Origin: Guillardia theta CCMP2712 | Lineage: Eukaryota; Protista; Cryptophyta | Direction of reading: 5' to 3' | Assembly: GCF_000315625.1 (NCBI RefSeq) | Contig: NW_005434648.1 | Span: 348,974-412,973, forward strand | DNA: 64,000 bases | Part shown: one piece after another, positions 12,460 to 24,794 of the stretch | Numbering within the stretch: position 1 is the stretch's first letter | Layout of the letters: each line of letters starts with the position of its first letter | Made by a program: the position numbers and the translations under genes | Notes under the pieces: generated by a model | Told to the model about the DNA's origin: nothing | The model's input: the letters and a program-made list of their open reading frames with translations, nothing else | The model's database searches: none

Positions 12460-15400
12460 TCAAGAATCTTCAACGTCCTCCTCCTGGTCGTCATCGTCGT
12501 CGCCGCCGTCGCCGCCGTCCTCCTCCTCCTCCTCGTCCTCCAATTCCTCGCCGTCCTCATCCTCATCTTCCTCCGCCTCCTCGTCCCCCAATTCCTCGCC
12601 GTCCTCATCCTCATCTTCCTCCGCCTCCTCGTCCCCCAATTCCTCGCCGTCCTCATCCTCATCTTCCTCCGCCTCCTCGTCCCCCAATTCCTCGCCGTCC
12701 TCATCCTCATCTTCCTCCTCCTCCTCGTCCCCCAATTCCTCGCCGTCCTCATCCTCATCTTCCTCCTCCTCCTCGTCCCCCAATTCCTCGCCGTCCTCAT
12801 CCTCATCTTCCGCTTCCTCGGAAGAGGCTTCCTCTTCTTCCTGTGATGGCCGCCTCCGGCGGATCCCCAGCCTCACATGTCCCTGCTCTTCCGCTTTGTC
12901 GTCCTTGTCATCATCATCGTTATCATCCACTCCGACGTCCTCGCCTACAGCTGCCGCCGCCGCCACCACCGCAGCAGCAGCAGCAGCAGCTCTTCCTCCG
13001 CCGTTGTCAGAGACGTACCGAGACACCTCGTCGTCATCCTCATGACGATGCTCGACCGAGTACTCCTCGTTGTCATCAGAGCAGCCTTCAGCATCGGAGA
13101 ACAAGAGACCAGGATCAATATCGCTAGTGCCAGGCTGACTGACACGAATTCTCTTGGACTCCACAGCGTCTTCATCGTCTACGGGGCCAAGACCATCTTG
13201 CTTCCGCTTCAAGGAGGATGGTTCAACCTCCTCGCACTTCTCGTCCTGACCTTGCTGACATGCGATCTCTTGCGTTTTGGGACATTTCTGAGCAGGAGCG
13301 ACCTCCTCGTTCTCTTCTCTCTTGCGTTTGCTTGCGGTCAAGTCCTCTCCCTCGCTCGCTATGGCTCCATGCTCCAGCGGAAGCCGGGTCATGGCTGTAT
13401 GCTCCCGCTGGCGACTCCACCATAGAGCCGATGAGCCCCAGTCGCACAGGCTGTTGACCTGAGCGCCTGCTGTATGCAGCAGCAAGAGGACGTCTTCCTT
13501 TCCAGCCCTGCTGGCCATCAGCAGAGGAGTCTGTCCGACATGGTTACCAGCATTGACATCGGCCTTGTTCGCCACCATGACTTGGATGACTCTCAACGGC
13601 ACAGGAGGAATTTGACACGCGAGCATCAGAGCTGTGCTGCCGGACTGATCGCAAGCGTCAAGAGCAAGGGAATCATCCTCGTCGCAGTCCAGCAGGGCGT
13701 TGACGCGTCTTCTCAGCAGGTACTCCTCCACCACTCGCTCTCTCCCGTGAGCTGCAGCAACATGCAGCACCGTCTGACCGCTCAGAGACCGATGGGACCA
13801 GTCCGCTCCGGCTTCATGGAGGAGCGTCAAGATCCTACCGCGAGTCTCCTCCTTCAGTGGAGTAGCAGCTGCGTGAAACAAGGCCGTCCATCCATCCATG
13901 TCTTGCTCGTTGACAGTAGCAGCAGCATCGGGAACTGCCGTCATTGCAGCAAGCAGCCTCGGTCGACCTTGCTTCACTGCAATCATCAAGAACGTTTCAC
14001 CAAACGTGTTCTTAGTGGCCAACCACTCCTTGTTGTGGCAACAAGCGTTGAAACAGGGGAGGATGAGGCTGGTCGGTGAGTTGTTTGCCAAGAGCGTGGT
14101 GAATTGATGTTGAAATGAAAACCACATGAGCGAATGAGGTATGCATCTTGATGATAACATTCGCAACACAGGCAAATCTCCGTCAGCGATGACCTGAAGA
14201 AGGATCAAGTGCCCGTCTCCTCCCTGGTCGAGAATGGCTTCGAGCAGGTGCTGGTGGGAAGCAAAAGGTGTGAAATCTTGCGTGTTTTTCTTAGCCATGT
14301 ACGCCAAATCCAAAGGCGTCAACACGGTTGCTGGGAGACTGTTTGTTCGCTGCGGGTCGAGTTTGATGGTACAGACAGTTGACGAGCAGCACTTGCTCTC
14401 CAACATCATATGAACAACCTTCCAGCTGCTATCTTGAATCGCTCTCTTCAGCAGCGAGCGGCCATCAGGCGTCGCTCTGTCGTCGAGCCCTCGCTGCAGG
14501 AGGCAGTCAAAGAGCTGGTAGCACTGCTCTGTTGTGTTCCTGCAAGCATACACCAACTCCAGGAGGCTGCGGCTGGAGGTTTCGAGAGTTTTGACTGGGC
14601 TCACCCGGCTGTCTACCAGCTGCCTTGCGAACCACCACCTGCGCTCCATGATGGCCGTTCTCAGCAACTGGTTCTCCTCGCCGCTGCTCCCGGAGTCATC
14701 TTTGACTCCAACCTCGCTCAGCAGGTCGAAGATCAACCTCCATGGGACTCGATCAGCGTCTGTTAGCTTGTACATGGCAAAGAGGAGGTGCAGAGCTTTG
14801 GGAGAGTATTGCCTTACCCACCTCCTCGTGACTCGTCGGCAGACACTGAGAGAAAATCGGCGAGACATGAGACGGAGATGTGAAGTTGGAAGGGACTGCA
14901 GGAGAATCTTGAGGAGATCCGCTCGCTGGGAAAGAGGATCGACATGGTCAAGAGATTGCAGGCAGAGGAGTAACACAGTTCTTCCGAAACTGTCAGGAAC
15001 ATCCTGGAAGCCATGCTGGACAAGAGTGATGATAGTCTGTTCATCGATCCTTCCATCTCTCTGAAAACTCTCGAATGCGAGCATCAACAAGCTTTTGCCC
15101 GACCTCGTCACAACCTTGCTGAGATGCTCATAGCATCGGTGAGAACTTGACAGGGCCTTGACCAGTCTCCTCCAACCCATCTCGATTGCAACTGACAGAG
15201 CTGTCCTTCCGGTCTCAGACACAAAGTCACGAGCTCCTAGACGTAGCATGATCTCACAGCAGGAGTTAAGATCTTCAAGCACAGTGTTCTCCTTGTCTTT
15301 CTCATCACTTGACTGCTCTTGCTCTTGTACACCCTCTTGTTCCTGATCATTGTCATCAACAACCATGGCGGTGCCATTCCCGCTTTCTTCTTCTTCATCT

Positions 15401-18400
15401 CGACTTTTATCTTCACCTTCATCCTCCTTCTTCCCACCTGGTTGATATGACACACCGTCGAGCAGATGTAACAGCGTGTTGTGTCTTTGAATGAACATCC
15501 TGCAGTGCTGCGGAGGCTCATGTACCATGGAGGCTGACGAAGCCATCGAAGCAATATGCAGGCAAAGCAACAACTTGGGCAAATCTCGTGTCTGGATGCA
15601 ATGAGATATCTTGCGGGAGAGGCATCGGCTCTGTCTCGCTGTGTATACCCATTTCTCCTTGATCGAGGAGAGTTGCTCCACTGGTAGCAAGTTGATAGAC
15701 AGATGACCATGTACCTCCTGAAGCATCTGATGCATCAAAGCGTCGAAATGTGCTTGTCTGTCTCTTGTGGGAGTCAACATGAAGTCTAGCATCTGTCTTG
15801 TTTGCACCCAATTCTTTGCTCGGATTGCAACCTCCAGAGGACAAAGTTTTTGACAAGACGACGAAAACAATGCTGCAAACATGTCATTGGTTCTTCTCCT
15901 GGTGTCTACCCTCAAGAATTGAGACAGAGTTTCGCATTCTTCGTCTCGCAAGGCAAGGAGAAGGTTGTGAAACGGCAGTCTAGCTCGCTGGCAAAAGGAA
16001 TGGAAGGAGCTCCAATTCCACTCCTTGATTGACGAGCTTCTCCGGTCGTGCTCTCTGTCCGTCAGGTTCAAGATCCTCTCGAGGACAAGCAATTCCTGTC
16101 GGAGAGCTTTCTCTCGACGTGCTGGTTCGCCACCGCACAAGTTCTGACGGAGGTTTTGCTCTGCCTCGAGCAAACTTGTCCGAACTGCTTCATCTTGCAA
16201 TGGCTGAGAGGTTTCAAGGAAGTCTAAAAGGACCGCAGCTGTGTGGAAGAGCAAGGAGTGACGTACCACCTTGTTCAACACCCGCGCCATGACCTGGAGG
16301 TCAAACTCGAACGTCTTCGTGTCGAATCCCCTAGATGAAGCAGCGCGGATGGACAAGTCAAGCAGCAGCAAGCAAGCCAAGTCCTCCGATTGATCCACCT
16401 CCTCCAGCGCTTCCTGCAGGATTGGACGGCTGGAGCCCGGCCTGCAGTCGGGGAAACAAGAGATGAATTTGGAGGATTCGAAGATTTCATGCAAGGACGA
16501 GAAGTCATCTTCGCTGAGATTTTCATCTTTGACACTCACAACGAATTTCGACACCATGGCACTGTACAGCATATCCGCTTCGATACCATTGTTCAGTAGA
16601 ACCGAGCAAAACCTCGACAGGTCGACCAGTCGCAGAGGGGAGGAGAAATTGATGTTCCCCTCGTTGGCTCGAGGATACCAAGTCCAGGCGTGAGTCCTCC
16701 GTCCGTACGTCCAGCTCCCTTTACTCAGCTCGGTGAAACCTTTCTCGGTGAAAGTGATTGTCATACTGATGTCTCCGTCCACAACATTGTGAAACCTCCC
16801 GACCAGTCGCAGCATCCGTGGTGACAAGACTTGGAAGGTCCCGTGGATGGTACAGCCGAGATTGTAATCTCCGAAGAAGGTTCGCTGACCTGCTCTCTTG
16901 GTCAGCGTCAAAATCAGATCAGAGTCTCCGTAATTCTCCTCGTACACGAGCTTGACCTCGCCCTCTTCCGTTGGGTCCTCTGACGTGCAGAACGTACGTG
17001 ATACCAGGATGTCTAGCAGTTGTTCCTGCGAGCTCTGTGACAGGTGATGTGAACCATTGTCTTCGGTCGACCTCAATGCTCTCTGTTTGGTCTCATTGCA
17101 GTAAGACGCTGAGCCAAGTCTTCTGCAAAGTTCCAAAACCCTGGGAGGAGAAAATTCCGACAGATTCTCTAGGATTTCAACGATCGACGGTCTGCCATTG
17201 GAATCCGAGCAGAAGGGATTTGCTCCCGCCTGTAGCAGCAGGCCGAACGCCTCGTCAAATCTTGTTGAACATGCCAGGCTGAAGGGAGCCTCCTTGGTCA
17301 AAGATGTTTGATGTAGCATCATCGAGAGGACTTGAGGGCCCAGTTTGTCTAGCAGTCTTTGGAGGAGGCTGACGCTCCTGCCATGGATCGCAAGATGCAA
17401 AAGGGTATCTCCACTGCTCGTCCTAGCGAGCGGGTCTGACATGGTCAGCAACCTCATCGCGTCTTCTTGTCTGCTCAACTGACACGCAACGTGCAGGGGC
17501 GTCATGCCCTGATCAAGAGTCAAGCTGCTGCACAGGCGCTTCCAACGGTCGTCCTTGGGCTCGAAAGCTTTCCACATGGGATTCGATTCGTCAGGAGCAA
17601 ACGCTGAGTTTTCAGCCATCAGATGAAAGATATTCTTGCCGCCAGTTGTCGTCGCAAACATGTCTGCACCATGTTCAAGGAGAAGTTTGACGCAGTCCAC
17701 GTGATTGTTGCGGACTGCTTCATGCAGTACTGTGATGTCGTCGTGTGCCTTTGCGTTGATCAATTCGACATTGAATGCATATGTGAAACTTTTGCATATT
17801 TTGTGCAATATTTTGCTCTTTTGCTCTTGACGATGATCCCGATCACAGGGCTTATCACAGCAGATGTGAAAAACAGTCTTACCCTCCCTGGTTCTCGCAC
17901 TGACATCTGCGTTAAGTTTCAACAACGACGCAACTTCCTTGAAAGTATGACTCTGACACGCAACATGTAGCGCGGACAGACCCTCCTTCGGATCCTGCAG
18001 GTTGATATGCTGGGGCGATGAGGCGAATGAGTTTAAGAGGAACTCGAGGCTTTCGCACAAGCTCGAGTCATGCTCGTTCTTGAGAAGCAGATGCAGGGCT
18101 GTCTCTCCGTTGCAAAGAAGGAATGGATCAGCGTTGAAGGAGAGCAGCGTCTTCAATCTCGCTTGTGAGTTTGACTGGCAGGCTGAGAGCAAGGGGGTCA
18201 AGCCTGTCTTCTTGGAGGGTCGATCCATCAGCTCTTTGCGTTCGCTCGGCTCGAGACTTTCAAGCAGCAGTCTCAGAACCTCAGCCGAGTCTCCTTCTCC
18301 TCTTACTGCTGTCATCACCGCCGACTCACCATCGCTCACATGTGAGGAGACCTTGACGCCCCGTTGCAGCAGAAACGAGAGGTCGCATGCTCGAGAAAAA

Positions 18401-21277
18401 TGACAGACAAGATGGATGGTGCAGTCCAGCAGTGCGGGGTTCAAACCATTGACATCACCATCATGTGATCGAATGCAATCAATGAGAAAGTTACAGAGAT
18501 GTCGTCTTGCTTGTCCCTGCACGCTGAGAGGGTCTGCGCCACCAGCGAGGAGTGTAGCCATGGTGAACATGGGAATCAAACTCTTGTCTGAGATGTCTGA
18601 AAGCGGCACCATGATGTTGTCCAACCATTCAGGGAGAGAAGCAAAGTTAGCACTTGTGCATGCTTTCACAAGACAGGCGATACATCTCAGCCTATCGAAG
18701 GAGTCTCTCTCTCGAGTACACAGCAGCGTCTGAAACATCAAAGCTGCATCGTCACCCATTAGTTCTCTTGTTGACTCCCTTTGCAAAATCAGCTTGACAA
18801 CAGGCAGAGCTGCATAATCAAGAGCAGTTTGCAAAGTCTTGACAGGATTCGCTCCCACAGACTCAAAGCTTGCGTCTGACCTCAGCAGGGCTTCTAGTAT
18901 CTTGCAAGCAGCATAGTCGTGCTCCTCTATTTCTGGAGTTGAAATGTTTGCAAGAAAAGACAAAATGTCGTGTTCACCTCGTCGAACCATCGTTTCTGCC
19001 TGGATCTCCGCCATCAATGCAGAATTTGGTTGAAATTGCTTCCATCCTTGGCATAAAGCATCGAAGACAGTGAAGTCTCGATCAGCTTTGATCGTTATGT
19101 CTCCTGACGCACTTAGCAATGTGTCAACGGCGGCAAAATTTCTCAAATTAGCAGCGAGATGCAGGGCAGTAAACCCATCCATCTTTCTGCATATGTTGAC
19201 TTGGTTCTTGAAGCTCAAGACCAAAGTTCTGAACACTTCTTGTGGAAAGTCTTCGGTTTCAATTGCTTCATGAATTACTGTGTACCGCATGGCCTCTTCA
19301 GGACCCATAGAATAATGTTGGAGCATCAACTTGCTCAACCACCCTAGATCAACATGTCCAGGGACATGTCGCAACGCCAAGTGCAATGGTATGCATCCGT
19401 AGCCAGATTGAATGTTTGGGTTTGCTTTGTGCTCAAGGAGCAGGTTGATGGCTTGCGTGTGGCCCTTGAAGCACGCCAAATGCAGAGCAGTGAAACCGTG
19501 TCTCTCCGTCGCAAGATTCAGAAAGCTTGACACGTCCCCATGCAACTCGAACTGCTGTAAACAGGACGCGAAGATCATTTCGCTCGATGTACTCCATTTC
19601 CTCGTCAACATGATTTGATGCATCACCGAGCATTTCTGTCTGCTCAGCGAAAGAACGTCTGCACCGCGCTCGCAGACTTGGGAATACAGTTTGAAAGAGC
19701 CTTTCCTTGCGATGCGATGTAAGAGCGGAAACCCGCTCGAGCCAATACCGTCATTCAAGACATGGTGAATGTTCGGACTCAACAGGGCCAAGTCAACGAT
19801 TCCATACCTCCACAGGCAAGGGAGGCTGGCGATTCTCAGCAGCAGCAGGTTTTCATCTCGACTGAGCTCTGCGCCTCTGCTTATAAGTGAGTGAGAGACT
19901 TGTCGGTTGTAGATCAAGGCCAACAAAAGAGCGCTGACGGGTCTCACTTTGCCGTTGTGCTCGCGAAGTTCTGGAGAGTGGATCCTGTAGTTTGAAGTAT
20001 CGTTGAGAGTCGAAGTTGTGACATTGCCGCAGAACAAGATTCTGATCACTGCAGACCCAAACCTTTCAGGAAGCATCATAGCAGCCAAGTGAAAGACAGT
20101 CTCCATCGCAAGGTTCTTGTGTTGTAAATCCACCTGGTCGACAAGAAAACTGATTGTTTCCAAGATGACGGACGATTGCAAATATGTATCCTTTGCCTTG
20201 CTTGTGAGAGCACGAGTAAGAGACGAAATCGAGAGATCTAGCTCAGGCTTGGTTCCTCCCTTGTAGCCATGCAAAAATCTGTGGTCAAATGGACTTCTGT
20301 GCGTCATTTGCCCAGCCATGCAACATCGGCATACTATCATTACAAGGTTGTCTCCATTGTCATCGACCCAGGAAGGATCTAGACAGCCAAGTCTATCTAA
20401 AAGTTTGAGGACATCTGGTCTCACGAGTCTGCAAGCTTTGAAAGCCAAAGCTCTTAGCCGCCGTGCTGTTGTTTCTGGAAGTTGCCTTGCCAACAGTTGA
20501 GTTGCTTCGTTCTCCTCCAACGCTTTTTGACTAACATGCAGCAATAGCATAATCCCGCGCTCAAGCATGTTGAGATCGTTTCGCTTGAAAAGTTTCTTTA
20601 ATGCATGGTAGATCGGGTGCGCGATAATGAGAAAAAATCTTTGCGCTCCTTCAGGATGTTGCATCTGGGCAAGATAATAGTTGTCATCATGAAAGGTGAT
20701 CATCAACCTTGCAAGCTGCCTCCTCCATGATACCTCCAGGATCTTCTTGTAAAGTTTTCTCAAGTCATCTCTCGTCTGTTTCTTTGAGAATCTGTTGAGG
20801 ATTGAAGCATTGTACGCAAGAGAAGCATTCTGCATCATCGAGATGAAGAAACGAATGACGACAGGCATATGCTGGTCTATGATCTCCTTCAGGTCTTTGC
20901 AACATGTTCGAAGCTGTAGCACATTGCGGATGCTCAATCCCTGCCCCCCCGCGCCTTGAAAGAAAGCGCTCGACTTGGCATGCTCAAGGCGATCAGAAAC
21001 ACTCTCTTCGAACTTGCAGGACCTATCCTGCAGCACCTGATTCGCCTCCGCTGATTCAGACCTGTGAGAATCGTCAGGAGAAATAAGTCCAAGTAGGTCT
21101 GACTGCTGTCGCTCACTCTGTTCTCCCTTTCATCGACGTCTCGTGGTCGTGAAGCTCAACAAGCAGATCGATGTTTTCATACTGGAGCAGAACATGCAGA
21201 ACAGGTTCCCATACTCTGTCCGCTCTGTCGTCTATGTTGGGAGTCTTTCCCCCACCGCTAGCAGCATAAGATGACAT
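12460..21277 (-). CDS. Giant (~2900 aa) ankyrin-repeat protein with an N-terminal F-box-like motif, NLS-like motifs and an acidic repetitive tail
   Basis: The 8.6-kb ORF has many ankyrin motifs (GFTALHLACFKGHTQAINLLLEHKANPN, ITVLHEAVRNNHVDCVKLLLEHGAD, GQTPLLMASRAGKEDVLLLL). LSIRNVLQLRTCCKDLKEII is F-box-like. A first exon from ATG 21277 joins via one short intron (~21063-21115). Confidence 0.9.
12530..12820. repeat. 51-bp tandem repeat (~6 copies) encoding EE(A/E)EDEDEDGEELGDE
   Basis: Near-identical units are visible in DNA and in the translation of the ankyrin protein C-terminus. Confidence 0.95.
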
Positions 21278-21492
21278 GTTGTACGGCACGTGCTGGCGCA
21301 GCTCGTACCAACTTTGTAGCTTCGAAGGGAGCTAGGACAAGGTTTGTAGGCAGCAGCACAGTACTGTGAGCTGGGAGCAGTTGCGGGGTCAGAAGATCGT
21401 GAAGGGAAGGGGAGAAGAGAACAGCCGATGCTGTCTTTCTTGTTTGATATAATCCACTGGTGAGGCGGACTGTCTTTTTCTTTTTACTCTCA

Positions 21493-21642
21493 GGGTGGCC
21501 GGGCCGGGTGTCCGAGTCGGATGCGGCCGCCCGGCACCGGGCGCTAAAAGTACCCGGCGTCCGACGGCGTCACGGTGGTCCGGGCCTGGGGGGGTCTACT
21601 GGGCGGGTGGTGACCCGCCCGGCCGCGTGACTCAGTGACCAG
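21493..21642. repeat. CCGG-rich intergenic patch
   Basis: GGCCGGGCCGGG...CCGAGTCGG...CCCGGCCGCGTGACTCAGTGAC. Confidence 0.6.
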
Positions 21643-21710
21643 AGGATTATTAATCTTTTACATGTGACATTTGGACAACAAGAAAACTCTCCATCGGTGT
21701 GGTTCAGTTT

Positions 21711-23380
21711 TTAACGGCTCGGCAACTCTTCTAGGTTCGCAACAGTCTGTACGATCTCGTAGATCGCCTCGATGATGTTCTGCACAGCCTCATTCTCGGA
21801 AACTCCATAAGCTCTCTTGTGCTCTAGGACCCACCGCTCGAGTTCGCTTGTCTCTGTCGCCCTCCTTTCCCGTCTCAAAATCAGATTCAACGATGTCACA
21901 CATTGTGGCAGGCTGTCCGACTGCCTCCTCCCTGTTTCCAGCTCCAAAACAACTTGGCATGTAAATCCCAGCCCCGCATTGGAGGGACAAGTTGACAAGT
22001 AACCGAAAAGCTCATCTGTAGCAAAGTGCTTTCCAGACGCTTCTACCTTGTGCTTCACTGCTGTGTGAAGCTCGCAAAACCTGCGAAATGTCGAGGGGAC
22101 ATCGTGATGTTTTTCCAAGACATTCAGCTTCAGATGGTCTTCACCATTCAACCAGCAAACAATGCTGTTGTCAGTGTTGCGCAGAATCCCTCGATTCTCG
22201 GGCCAATCTCTTGCCGCACCGGAGACTTGGAGTAGCGAGTTTTTCGCTGGCTCTTGAAGTAGCAGGTCATCTGTAAGAAGGATTTCCTCGTCGATTGGGT
22301 CCATTGAGGAGATCTTCTCGTATACCCCGTCCTGTACACACTCTAGCAAAGCATTCCTCAGCAGCTGTTCGATCGAAGCACGCTCTTCCCTGCTGACTCC
22401 AGCCATGAAAGGGAACTCCGACAAGTTCCTGCAAGCCCGGAAGTGAGTTGATTTCACCACCTGCGCAACCTGAGAGAAGTTTGCGGGGACTGCGATCGAG
22501 TCAGGCGACAGCTGGCTGTGAAACCTATGAACATGCGGGTCAAGACCATGGACGGTCTTGATCATATCCACTGAGATCTTGTGGAAGAGCAGGTAGCACT
22601 CTTTGTCCCCATTCGCCACCCCGATCCTCAAGGGAGGACATGTCACAGCAGGTTGTATGTAGTTCGAGAACGTGAAATTAAATGAAGTCCTCTCGTCCTT
22701 GTACTCCATAAACGTCTGCGGTTTGAGAAGTGAGCGGAGAATCGACAGATGTCTTGTGGTCATTGGAGGCAACTCGTTGTATTGCCGAAACTTGAAGTTG
22801 GGTGTGTTTTTTCGGTCATACGGGGAATGTGCCGCAACGTTTTCCTCCCATGTGAAGAATTCCTGCATCTCATCATCTAAGTCTGTATCAATCCTGAAGC
22901 CCATGGACCGTATCCTATCTTCCTGCATCGACTCAATATCAGAACTACCTTCCCCGTACAGGTAAGGTACATTACAAGCTCATGGACCCTTTCTTTCAGT
23001 TCCTGTATACTGTTTGCTGCAATCCTTGCTTCTTTGCGACGGATTCTGTTCTCTTCCTTCAAAGTTTGCTTCAGCTCATCAATCTTTCTTATCAGCGGAT
23101 GATCCTCGGGTGGCATTGCATCGATACCACTTTCTTGCGCAACCTGATGTTGACAGCTTCAGTTGACCCTTGATTCACACTACTCATGTACCTTCAACGT
23201 TTCGTTGGCAACCAGGTCACGAAGATCTTGACGGTTCTGAATCAAGTAACGCACAAGGAATTCTATGGGGTCGATCGGTTGTTTAACCAGGAGCTCTTCG
23301 ATGGCTCCTTCCAGAAACGAAGATACCTTTGCTCGAGAATAGCTCTCAAGTCGAGTTCGTATTTCTTGGGCGGAAGGCAT
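21711..23380 (-). CDS. Phosphagen (arginine/creatine) kinase-family protein fused to an N-terminal Dpy-30/RIIa-like docking domain and a coiled coil (3 exons)
   Basis: Exon 3 has RDWPENRG, WLNGEDHL and GYLSTCPSNAG. Exon 1 has FLEGAIEELLVKQPIDPIEFLVRYL. Exon 2 has the heptad region LIRKIDELKQTLKEE...IQELKERVHEL. The exons are joinable through GT-AG introns at ~23145-23191 and ~22923-22976. Confidence 0.85.
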
Positions 23381-23433
23381 TTGAAAACTCTGTCAAGACA
23401 TCACTCAGAAGTTGCGAACATCTGACCGCGGAA

Positions 23434-23497
23434 GAATCTCTTTCATTGAGGCTACAAAGAAATTTGAATCTCTTTCATTGAGGCTACAAAGAAATTT
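23434..23497. repeat. Exact 32-bp tandem duplication just upstream of the kinase start
   Basis: GAATCTCTTTCATTGAGGCTACAAAGAAATTT x2. Confidence 0.95.
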
Positions 23498-24794
23498 CTT
23501 CACTGCAACAAGGTCCTCGTTCCGAAGCACTCCACTTCTGGTTTTCATGGGCATATTCTCGACCTTGTGTGGCATATTCTAGACGTATCATCGTTTCTCC
23601 TCTCCCCTACCTCCTTCACCCTGCTCTTCCTATCGCTTCACTGCCATGTTAATTTCCAAGCCCACCTCAGAGAAATCAGTACGAGAATTCCAAGCCCACC
23701 TCAGACGAAATCGATTTTGATTACCCCTCCTTACAACCCCTTTCTTTACCCCTTCATCTCAGCTCTCAAGTACCCCCCATTGGAACAGCATAACTGGGGG
23801 TGGAGGGTTGGGGAGATCAAGACGGCCCTTCACGATGCTCTACCACATGTTAGCAATGCCGCGGGTCATGGCGACGATGCCAATGCTCTATGACCCTGCA
23901 AAGGACCCTCTATGGCCTGAGATTAAGGTGAAATACAACATTCGTCATTGAATGCTTTCTGTCTTGCTTATATTTCCTGTTCTAAGTGCTGTTCTGTTGG
24001 CAACCGCTTTTGCCCTCATAGTTCCCTACCTTTTGGTTGCTGTCTTCCTACAGTTGTGCTTAAGCTGCATCTGATCAGAGATTTTATCAAAGCAAGACAA
24101 GTTCTAGAATAGATGTTTGTGGTCGGTGACTGCTTTACCACCTTGCTCACACGGTTCCGGTTGCCTGATTACCCTCCTCTATTTTCTCACATCAGACTTT
24201 GAATTTCATGGAAAGTTTCATGGAAAGATGACTGGTTTGTGTTGATGTCCATATTCTGCCAAACAGTAATTTGGTATCTGAAAGCGATATGTGGTATGTC
24301 GGTCATGGGTGTTCTGATGGGTTTAATGTGAAAGTTTCTGCTGTCGTGGTAGAAATTCGATATTGTTCATTCTGTTGTGGTCGTGAAGTAGATGTAATGG
24401 ACGACCCATTCAAGCACATTATCCGTGTTCAGAATCATAATTCTAGCACATTGTATGTGGTTTGACTCACATTCAAGGGCGACTTGTGAAGTCGTGATAC
24501 TATTTCGATGCTTCAACCACTGAGCTATCAGGGCAACACGCTGACTGTTTGTGCAGGATGATCTTACGAGGGTTGGATGTGCTCAGGTAGATGGAATGCA
24601 CGACATTTGCGTTTTCCAGGTTAACGAGAGACCATGATCGGGTTCATGTAATAAAGCAAAGGTTGCAGTGTATGCACACTGATGTCACGGAGGCTCGTAA
24701 ACACTGAGAGCGATGTGGGGCAGCAAGAGAAAGTGCTCGAATGTTTCGATCATGATATAAGGAGCCTGATAATCCTCTACTACAAGATGATGGA

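Noticed and set aside
12417-13127. Pro/Arg-rich repeat ORFs (RPPIPRRPHPHL..., MRMRTARNWG...) and a CRISPR-like look
   Set aside because: Alternative frames of the 51-bp acidic coding repeat; there are no unique spacers.
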